Below are positions 35,456 to 43,845 of a stretch of DNA of 55,005 nucleotides, piece by piece. The notes under the pieces were generated by a model. That model was not told the origin of the DNA. It worked only from the letters and a program-made list of their open reading frames with translations, and ran no database searches. Position 1 is the first letter of the stretch. Each line of letters starts with the position of its first letter. Source of the stretch: Thermoanaerobaculia bacterium (GTDB lineage Bacteria > Acidobacteriota > Thermoanaerobaculia > Multivoradales > UBA5704); the NCBI GenBank assembly GCA_036397955.1, contig DASWHY010000275.1, forward strand, positions 1-55,005. The letters run 5' to 3'. The translations under genes and the position numbers were made by a program.

Positions 35456-38400
35456 GCCTCGCCCTCGCCGCCGCGCAGGCGCCGGAGCTCGCGGCGGCGC
35501 GCCCCGCGGCGATCCAGGCTCTCGCCGCCCTGCCCGTCTTCCGAAGGCCCGGGCGCCGGGACCGCGGCCGCGGGCGCCGGCGGGCCGAGCTCGCCGAGCA
35601 GTGCTCCCAGGGAGCGCACCGTCGGGTGATTGAACATCTCCACCAGGGGTATTTCGGCGCCGGCCAGGTCGCGCAGGCGGGCGTGGGCCTGAACCAGGTG
35701 GACCGAGGTGCCGCCGAGCTCGAAGAAGTTGTCGTCGACGCCGATCCGCTCGCGGCCGAGGAGATCGCGGACGATGCCGGCGATCTCCTCCTCGAGCCGC
35801 GAGCGCGGCGGCCCGCCGGGCCGCGGCTCCGCCGGCTCGGCCGACGGCGCGCGCCGCGCGAGAGCGGCACGGTCGACCTTCCCGTTGGCGGTGAGCGGGA
35901 GATCGTCGATCCGCACGAAGGCGCTCGGCACCATGTAGGCCGGCAGCTTGGCGCGCAGGAAGGCGCCGAGCTCGGCCGCGAGGCCGGTGCCGGCGGCGGC
36001 GCGCTCTTCACCCTCGCCGCCGTCCCACGGCCCGCCGACCAGGCTGTGGACCAGCCGGTCGTTGTCGGCGAGGCGGAAGGCCGGCCGCAGCGGCGGGAAA
36101 TCGATCTCGCCGATCTGGCACAGGCCGAGGCCCAGGCCGGGAGCCGTCATCTCCAGGAGCTGGGTGATCAGTCCGGCCTCGAGCGCGGAGAAGTGCCGGC
36201 CGAGCTCCTCGCCGTAGACCGGGGAGACGGCGTCGAGGCGGGCGACGAGGTAGAGGCGGAAGGCGACGTGGGTGAAGCCGGGAGGGTCCCGAGGCCGCGC
36301 CGGCAGCTCGGCGTCGGGAGTCAAGAGCACCAGGCGGTGCGCCGCCGGATCGTGGTAATAGGCGCCGGCCTCGAGCCCCTCGACCCGCCCCGCCGGGACG
36401 TGGAGATAGACCTGCACCGGATAGAGGGAGCCCGCCGAGGCGTAGCGATAGCGCGGCAGGGGCTCGTCGGGCGAGCGCACCTGGCTGAGGGCGCCGAGGA
36501 GCTCGCCCACGATTTCGAGGGGCACCGTCCGCGGCGCGAACCGGCGCCGGCTGCGCCGCTCCTCGGCACCGCCAGGGCCCACCCTTTCCGGCCAGGCGCC
36601 GCCCGGCAGGGCGACGGCACCGCGGCCATCGTCCCTGCGTCGTCCCGGCTCGCTCAGCTTGTGCTCGAGGAGCTGCAAGCCCTCGACCTCGCCCGCCGGC
36701 GTCTCCTCGACCACGTAGGCCACCAGGCGCCGCTCTCCGCGGGGCCGTCCCACGGCCGCCGCCACCGCCGAGCGCACGCGCGGATGCGTTTCGAGAGCGG
36801 CCTCGATCTCCCCCAGCTCGATGCGATGGCCGAGGACCTTGACCTGGTTGTCCTCCCGGCCGAGAAACTCGATCTCGCCGGTGGGCAGCATGCGGCCCAG
36901 ATCCCCGGTGCGGTAGAGGCGCTCGCCGGTCCGCGGATGGCGGAGGAAGGACGCGGCGGTGCGCTCCTCGTCGCGCCAGTAGCCCCGGGCGACGCCGACG
37001 CCTCCGATGTAGAGCTCCCCCGGCACCCCGACCGGCCGCCTCTCGAGCCCGGCGTCGAGCACGTGGAAGGTCTGGTTCAGCATCGGCCGGCCGTAGGGAA
37101 TCGACGCCCAGCTCGGATCGACCTCGTCGATCGGATGGAGGATCGACCAGATCGACGCCTCGGTGGCGCCCCCGAGGCTCACGACCCGGGCGTTCGGCGC
37201 CAGGCGGCGGACGCGCCCGGGGAGGTCGAGGGGAATCCAGTCGCCGGAGAGGAGCACGAGGCGCAGGCTCTCCGGCAGGCGCTCGCCACGGCCTTCGAGA
37301 TAAACGACCAACATCTCGAGGAGGGCGGGCACCGAGCTCCAAAGAGTGACGCCCTCGCGCACCATCAGCTCCCACCAATGGGACGGATCGCGCAGGGCCC
37401 AGGGCTCGGGCACCACCACCGTCCCCCCCGCGGCGAGGACGCCGAAGATGTCGTAGACAGAGAGGTCGAAATTGAGCGCCGAAAGCGCCAGGACCTTGTC
37501 CTCGGGATCGACGTCGAAGCGCCGGTTGACGTCGACGACCGTGTTCAAGGCGCCGCGGTGGTCGATCATCACCCCCTTGGGCAGGCCGGTCGAGCCCGAG
37601 GTGAAGATCACGTAGGCCAGGTCCTGAGGGCTCGCCGCATCGCCGTCCGCCGCCGGGTCGCTTTCCGCGATCTCCTCGATCGCCAGGGGCGCGACGCCGT
37701 CGATCCACGGCAGCTCGCCGACGAGGCGGCTCTCGGTGAGGGCCAGGCGGACCTCGCCGTGGCGCAGGAGGTGCGCGAAGCGCTCCGCGGGCAGGCCCGG
37801 ATCGACCGGCAGGTAGGCGCCGCCGGAGCGCAGGACGCCCAGGACCGCTGCCACCTGCTGCCAGCCCTTCTCCGCCGCCACCGCCACCAGGGAGTCGGGC
37901 CGCACCCGCAGCTCCCGCAGGCGGCGCTCGACGCCTGCCGCGAGCCGGTCGAGCTCGGCGTAAGAGATCGAGCGGCCCGCGGCCACCACGGCGGGACGGC
38001 TCCCCGCCTCCCGCGCCCGCTCGGCCACGGGCGCGTGGAGAAGTCCCTCGGGCACCAGGGCCGCGGTGGCGTTCGCCGCGGCGAAAAGCTCGGCTTGGGC
38101 GGAGGGCAGGAGCGCCTCGCGGGAGGTCGTCTCCCAGGCCTCGGCTCCGGCGGCGAGGCGCCGCAGGAGCCCTTCGTAGACCTCGAACATCCCCGCGAGG
38201 AAGCCCGGCTCGAAGAGCTCGCGCACGCCGTCCCAGTTGTAGCGAAGGGCGCCGCCGCGCACCGTCACCTGGTGGTCGAGCCAGACCTGGGGGGTCTGCC
38301 CGATCGAATAGACCAGGTCGAGCGCCGGCCCTTCTCGGGCCGTCCCTTCGGCGCTCGCGGCCCGTGTCTCGTCGAGGTTGACGGTGCTGGTGAAGACCAC

Positions 38401-41400
38401 CGGCATCGCCGCCCCTCGGCCGCCGCGCCGCGCTCCGAGCTCGCGCATCACCCGCACGCCGCCGACGACGCGATGGTCGAGGTCGGTCCACAGACGTTCC
38501 TGGAGACGCCGGGCGCGGACGGTGAAGGGCTCGGGCCGGGAGGCGTCGACGGCGAGCAGGGTCAGGGAGGTGAAGTCGCCGAGAATGCGGTCGACGTGGG
38601 GATGGAAGGGCAGGCGATTGAACAGGGTCAGGTTGATGGTGAAGCGCGGCGACTTGCTGAAGCGCGCCAGGACCTCGGCGTAGGCGGCGAGGAGCACCGC
38701 CGAGCCGGTGAGGCCCGCGGCCCGGGCACCTCGCTCGAGGCGAGACCAGTCGGCAGCCTCGAGACGGCCCGAGAAGCGCTCGAACCGCTGCTCGGCGAGG
38801 GCCTCGGGACGCCGCGCCAGAGGCAGCTCCGGCGCCGGCGGCAGCTCGTCGAGCCGGGCGCGCCAGTACTCGAGGGAGCGCTCGTAGAGCTCGCTCCTCC
38901 GCAGCTCCTCCTCGGTCAGGACGTAGTCGCGGAAGGTGACGTCGATCGGCGGCAAAGGCGCATCGGGATCGGCGTAGAGCCGGGCCAGCTCGGACGCCAG
39001 GAGGCCGAAGCTCCAGCCGTCGAAGAGGAGCACGTCGAGGCTCGTGTGAAAGCGCGTGCGTCCCGTGGGCAGACGCGAGGCCCGCAGCTCGAAAAGGGGC
39101 CAGCGGTCCGCCGGCAGGACCTGATGGGACATGCGCTCGCGCACCTCGAGGAGGCGCGCCCCGGCCTCCTCGGGCGGCTGGCCGGCGAGATCGAGGACCT
39201 CGATCGTATAGGGCTCGACCTCGGCGAGCACCCGCTGGCGGCCGTCGTCCCCGACGATCGCCCGCAGCATGTCGTGGCGCTCGACGAGACGCCGCCAGGC
39301 GCGCTCCACCCGCCCGACGTCGAGCTCGCCTTCGACCTCGAGATAGACGTGGGCGGCGACGCGGCCGAGGGCCATGTCGGCGCGCCGACCCACCCAGTAG
39401 GCCTGCTGGATCTCGGTCAGGGGGAAGGGCTCGAACCGCTCCTCGGGGCACGGCACCAGGGCCGGCGTCGCGGCGGCGGTCCCCCTTTCGGCCCGCCGGG
39501 CTGCCGCCAGGTCGATCGCCGCGGCAAGGCCCGCGACGGTCGGGGCGTCGAAAAGAGCGCGCAGGCCAACGTCGCTGCGGAAAGCCTTGCGGGTCTTGGC
39601 GATCAACTGAGTGGCGAGGAGGGAATGGCCGCCGAGGTCGAAGAAATCGTCGTCGATGCCCACCCGCCCGACTCCCAGGACCGCGCTCCAGATCGCGGCG
39701 AGCCTCTCCTCGGTGGGCGTGCGCGGCGCCGCGTAGGCCGCGGCTGCCGCCTGGCGGCCGTCCTCCGGCGGCGGCAGGGCGGCGAGGTCGACCTTGCCGT
39801 GGGCGGTCAGGGGGACCTCGCCGAGGACGACGAAGGCGCCGGGCACCATGTGCTCCGGCAGCTCGCGGGCAGCGTGGCGGCGCAGCTCCGGGCCGAGGCG
39901 GCGCACGAAGGCGCCGCGCAGGGGACGGCTGGCGAGGTCCTCGAGGGCCGCCGCGGGCTCCGGCGGCTCGAGCAGCTCGCCGCGCCGCGGCGTTTCGGGT
40001 CTCCGAAAGACCGCCCGCAAGCGTCCTCCTTCCCCGCCGCCGGACCAGCCGACCTCCACCTCGTAGCCCTTCTCGCGGCCGAGCGCGAAGAGCTCCTCGG
40101 GATCGACCGGCTCCTCTCCGGCATCGGGGTCCTCGGTGAGGCGGGCATTGGCGAGATCGTCGGCGAGGACCAGCGGGCAGGCCACGTCGAGGGCGCGGCT
40201 GAGCGGGCCGAGCGCGGTGACGCGCTCCGGCACGGCGGCCCGAGGCTCTGCGCCGCCCGGGGCCGGAGCGCGGAGGACGGCGTCGTAGCGGAAGCGCACC
40301 ATCTCGTTGCCGGAGCGCCCCCGCTTGACGTGGGCCTCGGCACGGGCGAGCCGGGGCGAGCGGCGGGCCACGGCGGTGAAGAACGACGGCGCGAGGACGA
40401 GCTCCTCCTCGCGGGCGAGGCGCGCCAGGCACCGCTGGCGGAGCTGCGCCGTGGACAGGTCGGGCGCCGCGCCGTGGCGCACGACCGAGGCGTGAAAGCT
40501 CTCCTGGAGCGGCAGGCTGCGCACGTCGCCGACGAAGATCCCGCCGCCTGGGGCGAGCCGCTGCGCCGCCCCCTCGAGGACCCGCAGCAGATACTCGACG
40601 CCCGGGAAGTACTGCACGACCGAGTTGAGGACGACGGCGTCGAAGGGACCCTCGTCAAGGCCGTCGAAATCGTCCGCCGGGCGCCTCGCGAGCGAGACGT
40701 GGCCGAGCCCGCGGGAGGCGAGCTGCGGCTCGATCGTCGCCAGCGCCCGCGGCGAGAGATCGGTCGCGACGTAGCGCTCGCAATGCGGCGCCACGCGGTA
40801 GAGGAGGAGGCCGGTGCCGCAGCCGATCTCGAGGAGGCGACGCGGCGGCGTGCCGCCGGGCCCCAGGGCGAGGATCCGCCCGACCGTCGTCTCCACCCAT
40901 TCACGCATCTCCTCCGCCGGGATCGGCTTGCCGGTGTAGCTCGAATTCCACCCCGCGACGTGGAAGGCGGCGTCGCCTTCGGAGGGCGTCGCGCCGTAGG
41001 TCTCGTCGAAGACCTCCCGCCACGCCTCCACCCGCTCCCCCGGGGCGCTCGCGAGGCCCTCCCCGGCGTCGGCACGGGGGAGGACGTAGGCCGTCAGCAC
41101 CGCCTCCCCGCCGGGACCGGGGAGCGCCCGGACGAGAGCCCGGCGTACCGCCGGATGAGCTTCCAGGACCGATTCGATCTCTCCCGGCTCCACGCGGAAG
41201 CCGCGGATCTTGATCTGGTGATCGACCCGGCCGCGGAAGGCCAGGGAGCCGTCGGGAAGGCGCACGGCCCGGTCCCCCGCGCGGTAGAGGCGCGCTCCTG
41301 GCCGGCCGCTCCAAGGATCGGGGACGAAGCGCTCGGCGGTGAGCCCCGGCCGCCCGAGATAACCCTGGGCGACCCCCGCCCCGCCCACGAAGACCTCGCC

Positions 41401-43845
41401 GGCGACCCCGATCGGCCGCGGCGCTCCGCCGGGCCCCAGGAGGTGGACGTCGAGGTCCGGGATCGGCCGGCCGACGGCGTGGCGGCGCTCGCCGTCGAGC
41501 TCCGCGGCGGCGACCGGCTCGTAGGTCACGTGGACCGTCGTTTCGGTGATGCCGTACATGTTGACGAGCCGGGGCCCACGGCCGTCGCCGCCGTCGCCGA
41601 AACGCTCGATCCACGGCCGGAGGCTGCCGCGCTCGAGGGCCTCGCCGCCGAAGATCACGGAGCGCAGGCGCAGCTCGGGCGCCTCGTGCGGCAAGGCGGC
41701 GATCAGTTGGCGGAAGGCCGACGGCGTCTGGTTGAGCACCGTCACGCCCTGCCGCGCGAGGAGAGCGAGGAAGGCGTCGGGCGCGCGGCTCACCCCGTAG
41801 GGCACCACCGTGAGCCGCCCGCCGTAAGCCAGAGCGCCCCAGATCTCCCACACCGAGAAGTCGAAGGCGAAGGAATGGAAGAGGGTCCAGACGTCGTGCG
41901 GGCCGAAGCCGAACCAGGCCTCGGTCGAGCGCAGGAGACGCGCCACGTGGCGGTGGGTCACGCGCGCGCCCTTGGGCTCCCCCGTGGAGCCCGAGGTGTA
42001 GATCACGTAGGCGAGATGGTCGGGCGAGAGGTCGAGAGCGGGGGCCGCGGCGTCGCCTCGGGCGAGGTCCAGGGTCTCGAGGTCGATCACCCGCAGGCCC
42101 TCCGCCGCGAGCTCGGTGGCGCGGCGGCCGGCGGCGAGGACCAGCGGCGCGGCGGCGTCCGCGACCAGGAAGCGCAGACGCTTGTCCGGGTAGGCCGGAT
42201 CGAGGGGCACGTAGGCCCCGCCGGCCTTCAGGACGGCGAGGATCGCCGCCACCAGCTCCAGGGAGCGGTCGAGACAGACCGCCACCCGCGTCTCCGGCCC
42301 CGCTCCGGCGTCACGAAGCAGCCGCGCCAGGCGATTGGCCCGCCGATCGAGCTCTGCGTAGGTCCAGCTCTCCTCGTCGCAGACCAGGGCGATGGCCGCG
42401 GGCGTACGCGTCGCCCAGGCCTCGAAAAGACCGTGGAGGAGCGTGTCGCCCGGCGGCACGGCGGCGCCGTCGTTCCATTCCCGGAGGGTCTGGTGGGCGG
42501 CGGCGGGATCGACGAGCGGCAGCTCGCCCAGACGGCGGCTTGGATCGCGCCCGATCCCGAGCAGCAGCCGCTCGAAGTGGGCCAGGATCCGGGCCGCCGC
42601 CGAGGGGGCGAAGGCGCGGCGGTCGTAGAGCAGGTTCACGGCGAGCTCGGCGCCGGGGAGCACCTGCACCGTCAGGGGGTAGTTCGTGCGCTCCCAGATC
42701 GAGGTCAGGCCGGCGATTCGGAGCTCTTCTTCCCCCGCCGCCGCGGCCTTGTCGACGGGATAGTTCTCGAACGCCAGGATCGACTCGAAAAGCCCGTGCC
42801 CCCGCGGCACGCCGCTCCATTCGTGAACGTCGACCAGCGAGCTGTGCTCGAACTGGCGCAGGCGCGCGTTGTGCTCCTGGAGCCGGGCGAGCCATGGCCG
42901 GAGGGGCTCGCGCCAGGCGCCTCGCAGGCGCACCGGCAGGGTGCTGACGAAGAGCCCCACCATCGCCTCGGCGCCTTCGAGGTCCGGCGGCCGGCCCGAG
43001 GAGGTGACGCCGAAGACCACGTCCGGCCGGTCATGGTAGTTGGCCAGCAGTAGCGCCCAGGCCCCCTGGACGACGGTGTTCAAGGTCAGGTCGCCGAGTG
43101 CCGCGACCTGGCGAAGGGCGGCGGTGTCCGCGGGCGTCAGGCGGCGGGAGGCCCGGCCGTAGGACGCCTCGGCCGGGAGGTCCGCGGTCGCCGGCCGCCG
43201 GCCGTTGACCAGCGGCGGCGGCGGCACGAAGCCCGCGAAATCCGCCCGCCAGAAGGCCTCGGCGGCGGCGCGGTCCTGGCGGCCGAGCCACTGGACGTAG
43301 TCGCGGAAGGGCCGCCGTTTGGGAAGCGGCGGCTCCTCCATGCCGGCGGCGAAAGCGCGGTAGAGGGCGAAGACCTCGCCCAGGACGAGGGACACCGACC
43401 AGCCGTCGAGGAGCAGATGGTGGTGGCTCCAGACGAGCTGATGGCGCGCGCCGCCGAGCCGGATCAGGATCACCCGCAGCAGCGGCGCCCTGAGATCGAA
43501 GCCGCGCCGCCGATCTTCGGCCAACAGCGCCGCGAGCCGCTGTTCCTGGGCGGCGGCGGCGAGATCGCTCCAGTCGTGATGCTCGATCGGCAGCTCGACC
43601 TGGCGGTAGACCACCTGCTGCGGCTGGTCGAGGCCCTCCCAGACGAAAACGGTGCGCAGCACCGGATGGCGGTCGACCACCGTCCGCCAGGCGCGCTCGA
43701 GGGCCTGCGGATCGAGCCGTCCTTCGAGGGGAAACGCGAGCTGCTCGAAGTACTCCGCCGCCGCGGCGTCGTAGAGGGTGTGGAAGAGGATCCCCTGCTG
43801 CAACGGCGAAAGGCCGTAGATCGCCTCGACGTTCCGGCGGCTCAT
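35452..43845 (-). CDS. NRPS, modules 3-4: C(DCL-type)-A(Thr, embedded methyltransferase)-T-Cy-A(Cys, embedded FMN oxidase)-T, 2797 aa
   Basis: ATG 43845 overlaps the upstream stop (ATGA). Motifs: VEAIYGLSPLQQGILFH, SHHHLLLDGWS, AYVIYTSGSTGEPKG, FAFDFSVWE, NMYGITETTVHVT, then the MT insert (EIGCGTGLLL at 40803-40836), HGKVD (~39787-39801), FFDLGGHSLLATQL (~39617-39660). Cy: FPLTEIQQAYWVGR (~39400-39435) and DVLLFD (~39013-39042). Then FDLSVYD, SLGGATEASIWS, the Ox insert (RYRYASAGSLYPVQVYL at 36403-36453), ANGKVDRAAL (~35870-35900), and FFELGGTSVHLVQ. Confidence 0.95.
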   Translation of the reverse strand: MSRRNVEAIYGLSPLQQGILFHTLYDAAAAEYFEQLAFPLEGRLDPQALERAWRTVVDRHPVLRTVFVWEGLDQPQQVVYRQVELPIEHHDWSDLAAAAQEQRLAALLAEDRRRGFDLRAPLLRVILIRLGGARHQLVWSHHHLLLDGWSVSLVLGEVFALYRAFAAGMEEPPLPKRRPFRDYVQWLGRQDRAAAEAFWRADFAGFVPPPPLVNGRRPATADLPAEASYGRASRRLTPADTAALRQVAALGDLTLNTVVQGAWALLLANYHDRPDVVFGVTSSGRPPDLEGAEAMVGLFVSTLPVRLRGAWREPLRPWLARLQEHNARLRQFEHSSLVDVHEWSGVPRGHGLFESILAFENYPVDKAAAAGEEELRIAGLTSIWERTNYPLTVQVLPGAELAVNLLYDRRAFAPSAAARILAHFERLLLGIGRDPSRRLGELPLVDPAAAHQTLREWNDGAAVPPGDTLLHGLFEAWATRTPAAIALVCDEESWTYAELDRRANRLARLLRDAGAGPETRVAVCLDRSLELVAAILAVLKAGGAYVPLDPAYPDKRLRFLVADAAAPLVLAAGRRATELAAEGLRVIDLETLDLARGDAAAPALDLSPDHLAYVIYTSGSTGEPKGARVTHRHVARLLRSTEAWFGFGPHDVWTLFHSFAFDFSVWEIWGALAYGGRLTVVPYGVSRAPDAFLALLARQGVTVLNQTPSAFRQLIAALPHEAPELRLRSVIFGGEALERGSLRPWIERFGDGGDGRGPRLVNMYGITETTVHVTYEPVAAAELDGERRHAVGRPIPDLDVHLLGPGGAPRPIGVAGEVFVGGAGVAQGYLGRPGLTAERFVPDPWSGRPGARLYRAGDRAVRLPDGSLAFRGRVDHQIKIRGFRVEPGEIESVLEAHPAVRRALVRALPGPGGEAVLTAYVLPRADAGEGLASAPGERVEAWREVFDETYGATPSEGDAAFHVAGWNSSYTGKPIPAEEMREWVETTVGRILALGPGGTPPRRLLEIGCGTGLLLYRVAPHCERYVATDLSPRALATIEPQLASRGLGHVSLARRPADDFDGLDEGPFDAVVLNSVVQYFPGVEYLLRVLEGAAQRLAPGGGIFVGDVRSLPLQESFHASVVRHGAAPDLSTAQLRQRCLARLAREEELVLAPSFFTAVARRSPRLARAEAHVKRGRSGNEMVRFRYDAVLRAPAPGGAEPRAAVPERVTALGPLSRALDVACPLVLADDLANARLTEDPDAGEEPVDPEELFALGREKGYEVEVGWSGGGEGGRLRAVFRRPETPRRGELLEPPEPAAALEDLASRPLRGAFVRRLGPELRRHAARELPEHMVPGAFVVLGEVPLTAHGKVDLAALPPPEDGRQAAAAAYAAPRTPTEERLAAIWSAVLGVGRVGIDDDFFDLGGHSLLATQLIAKTRKAFRSDVGLRALFDAPTVAGLAAAIDLAAARRAERGTAAATPALVPCPEERFEPFPLTEIQQAYWVGRRADMALGRVAAHVYLEVEGELDVGRVERAWRRLVERHDMLRAIVGDDGRQRVLAEVEPYTIEVLDLAGQPPEEAGARLLEVRERMSHQVLPADRWPLFELRASRLPTGRTRFHTSLDVLLFDGWSFGLLASELARLYADPDAPLPPIDVTFRDYVLTEEELRRSELYERSLEYWRARLDELPPAPELPLARRPEALAEQRFERFSGRLEAADWSRLERGARAAGLTGSAVLLAAYAEVLARFSKSPRFTINLTLFNRLPFHPHVDRILGDFTSLTLLAVDASRPEPFTVRARRLQERLWTDLDHRVVGGVRVMRELGARRGGRGAAMPVVFTSTVNLDETRAASAEGTAREGPALDLVYSIGQTPQVWLDHQVTVRGGALRYNWDGVRELFEPGFLAGMFEVYEGLLRRLAAGAEAWETTSREALLPSAQAELFAAANATAALVPEGLLHAPVAERAREAGSRPAVVAAGRSISYAELDRLAAGVERRLRELRVRPDSLVAVAAEKGWQQVAAVLGVLRSGGAYLPVDPGLPAERFAHLLRHGEVRLALTESRLVGELPWIDGVAPLAIEEIAESDPAADGDAASPQDLAYVIFTSGSTGLPKGVMIDHRGALNTVVDVNRRFDVDPEDKVLALSALNFDLSVYDIFGVLAAGGTVVVPEPWALRDPSHWWELMVREGVTLWSSVPALLEMLVVYLEGRGERLPESLRLVLLSGDWIPLDLPGRVRRLAPNARVVSLGGATEASIWSILHPIDEVDPSWASIPYGRPMLNQTFHVLDAGLERRPVGVPGELYIGGVGVARGYWRDEERTAASFLRHPRTGERLYRTGDLGRMLPTGEIEFLGREDNQVKVLGHRIELGEIEAALETHPRVRSAVAAAVGRPRGERRLVAYVVEETPAGEVEGLQLLEHKLSEPGRRRDDGRGAVALPGGAWPERVGPGGAEERRSRRRFAPRTVPLEIVGELLGALSQVRSPDEPLPRYRYASAGSLYPVQVYLHVPAGRVEGLEAGAYYHDPAAHRLVLLTPDAELPARPRDPPGFTHVAFRLYLVARLDAVSPVYGEELGRHFSALEAGLITQLLEMTAPGLGLGLCQIGEIDFPPLRPAFRLADNDRLVHSLVGGPWDGGEGEERAAAGTGLAAELGAFLRAKLPAYMVPSAFVRIDDLPLTANGKVDRAALARRAPSAEPAEPRPGGPPRSRLEEEIAGIVRDLLGRERIGVDDNFFELGGTSVHLVQAHARLRDLAGAEIPLVEMFNHPTVRSLGALLGELGPPAPAAAVPAPGPSEDGQGGESLDRRGARRRELRRLRGGEGEA
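36030..36580 (-). other. FMN-dependent oxidase (Ox, nitroreductase-like) domain inserted in the module-4 Cys A domain
   Basis: Motifs: EERRSRRRF..., PRYRYASAGSLYPVQVYL (36403-36453), and ...CQIGEIDF...DRLVHSLVGG. The insert lies between A8 (GREDNQVKVLGHRIELGEIE, ~36805-36870) and A10 (~35870-35900), as in EpoB/BlmIII-type thiazole-forming modules. Confidence 0.8.
38130..39440 (-). other. heterocyclisation (Cy) domain, module 4
   Basis: Motifs: FPLTEIQQAYWVGRR, and DVLLFD (DxxxxD replacing HHxxxD) at ~39013-39042. Confidence 0.85.
39870..41040 (-). other. SAM-dependent methyltransferase domain inserted in the module-3 A domain, between core A8 and A9/A10
   Basis: The insert starts at GERVEAWREVFDETYG (~40996-41040), after RGRVDHQIKIRGFRVEPGEIE. 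Other motifs: WNSSYTGKPIP, the SAM motif LLEIGCGTGLLL (40803-40836), and AVVLNSVVQYFP. It ends before LPEHMVPGAFVVLGEVPLTAHGKVD (~39787-39863). Confidence 0.85.

Noticed and set aside
35437-43053. Very long plus-strand ORFs antisense to the megasynthases: 35437-43053 (2538 aa), 44376-51959 (2527 aa), 25079-29014, 17634-20963, 32222-35629, 29027-31978, 12631-13833, 21051-23276 and 23237-25057. The same applies to 4046-5941 and 5923-7620, opposite the KMO and cytochrome genes.
   Set aside because: Their translations are low-complexity and rich in Arg, Gly, Ala, Glu and Pro, with no recognisable motifs. The opposite strand encodes continuous, textbook KS, AT, C, A, T, E and Cy motifs. Stop-free antisense frames are expected at this GC content.
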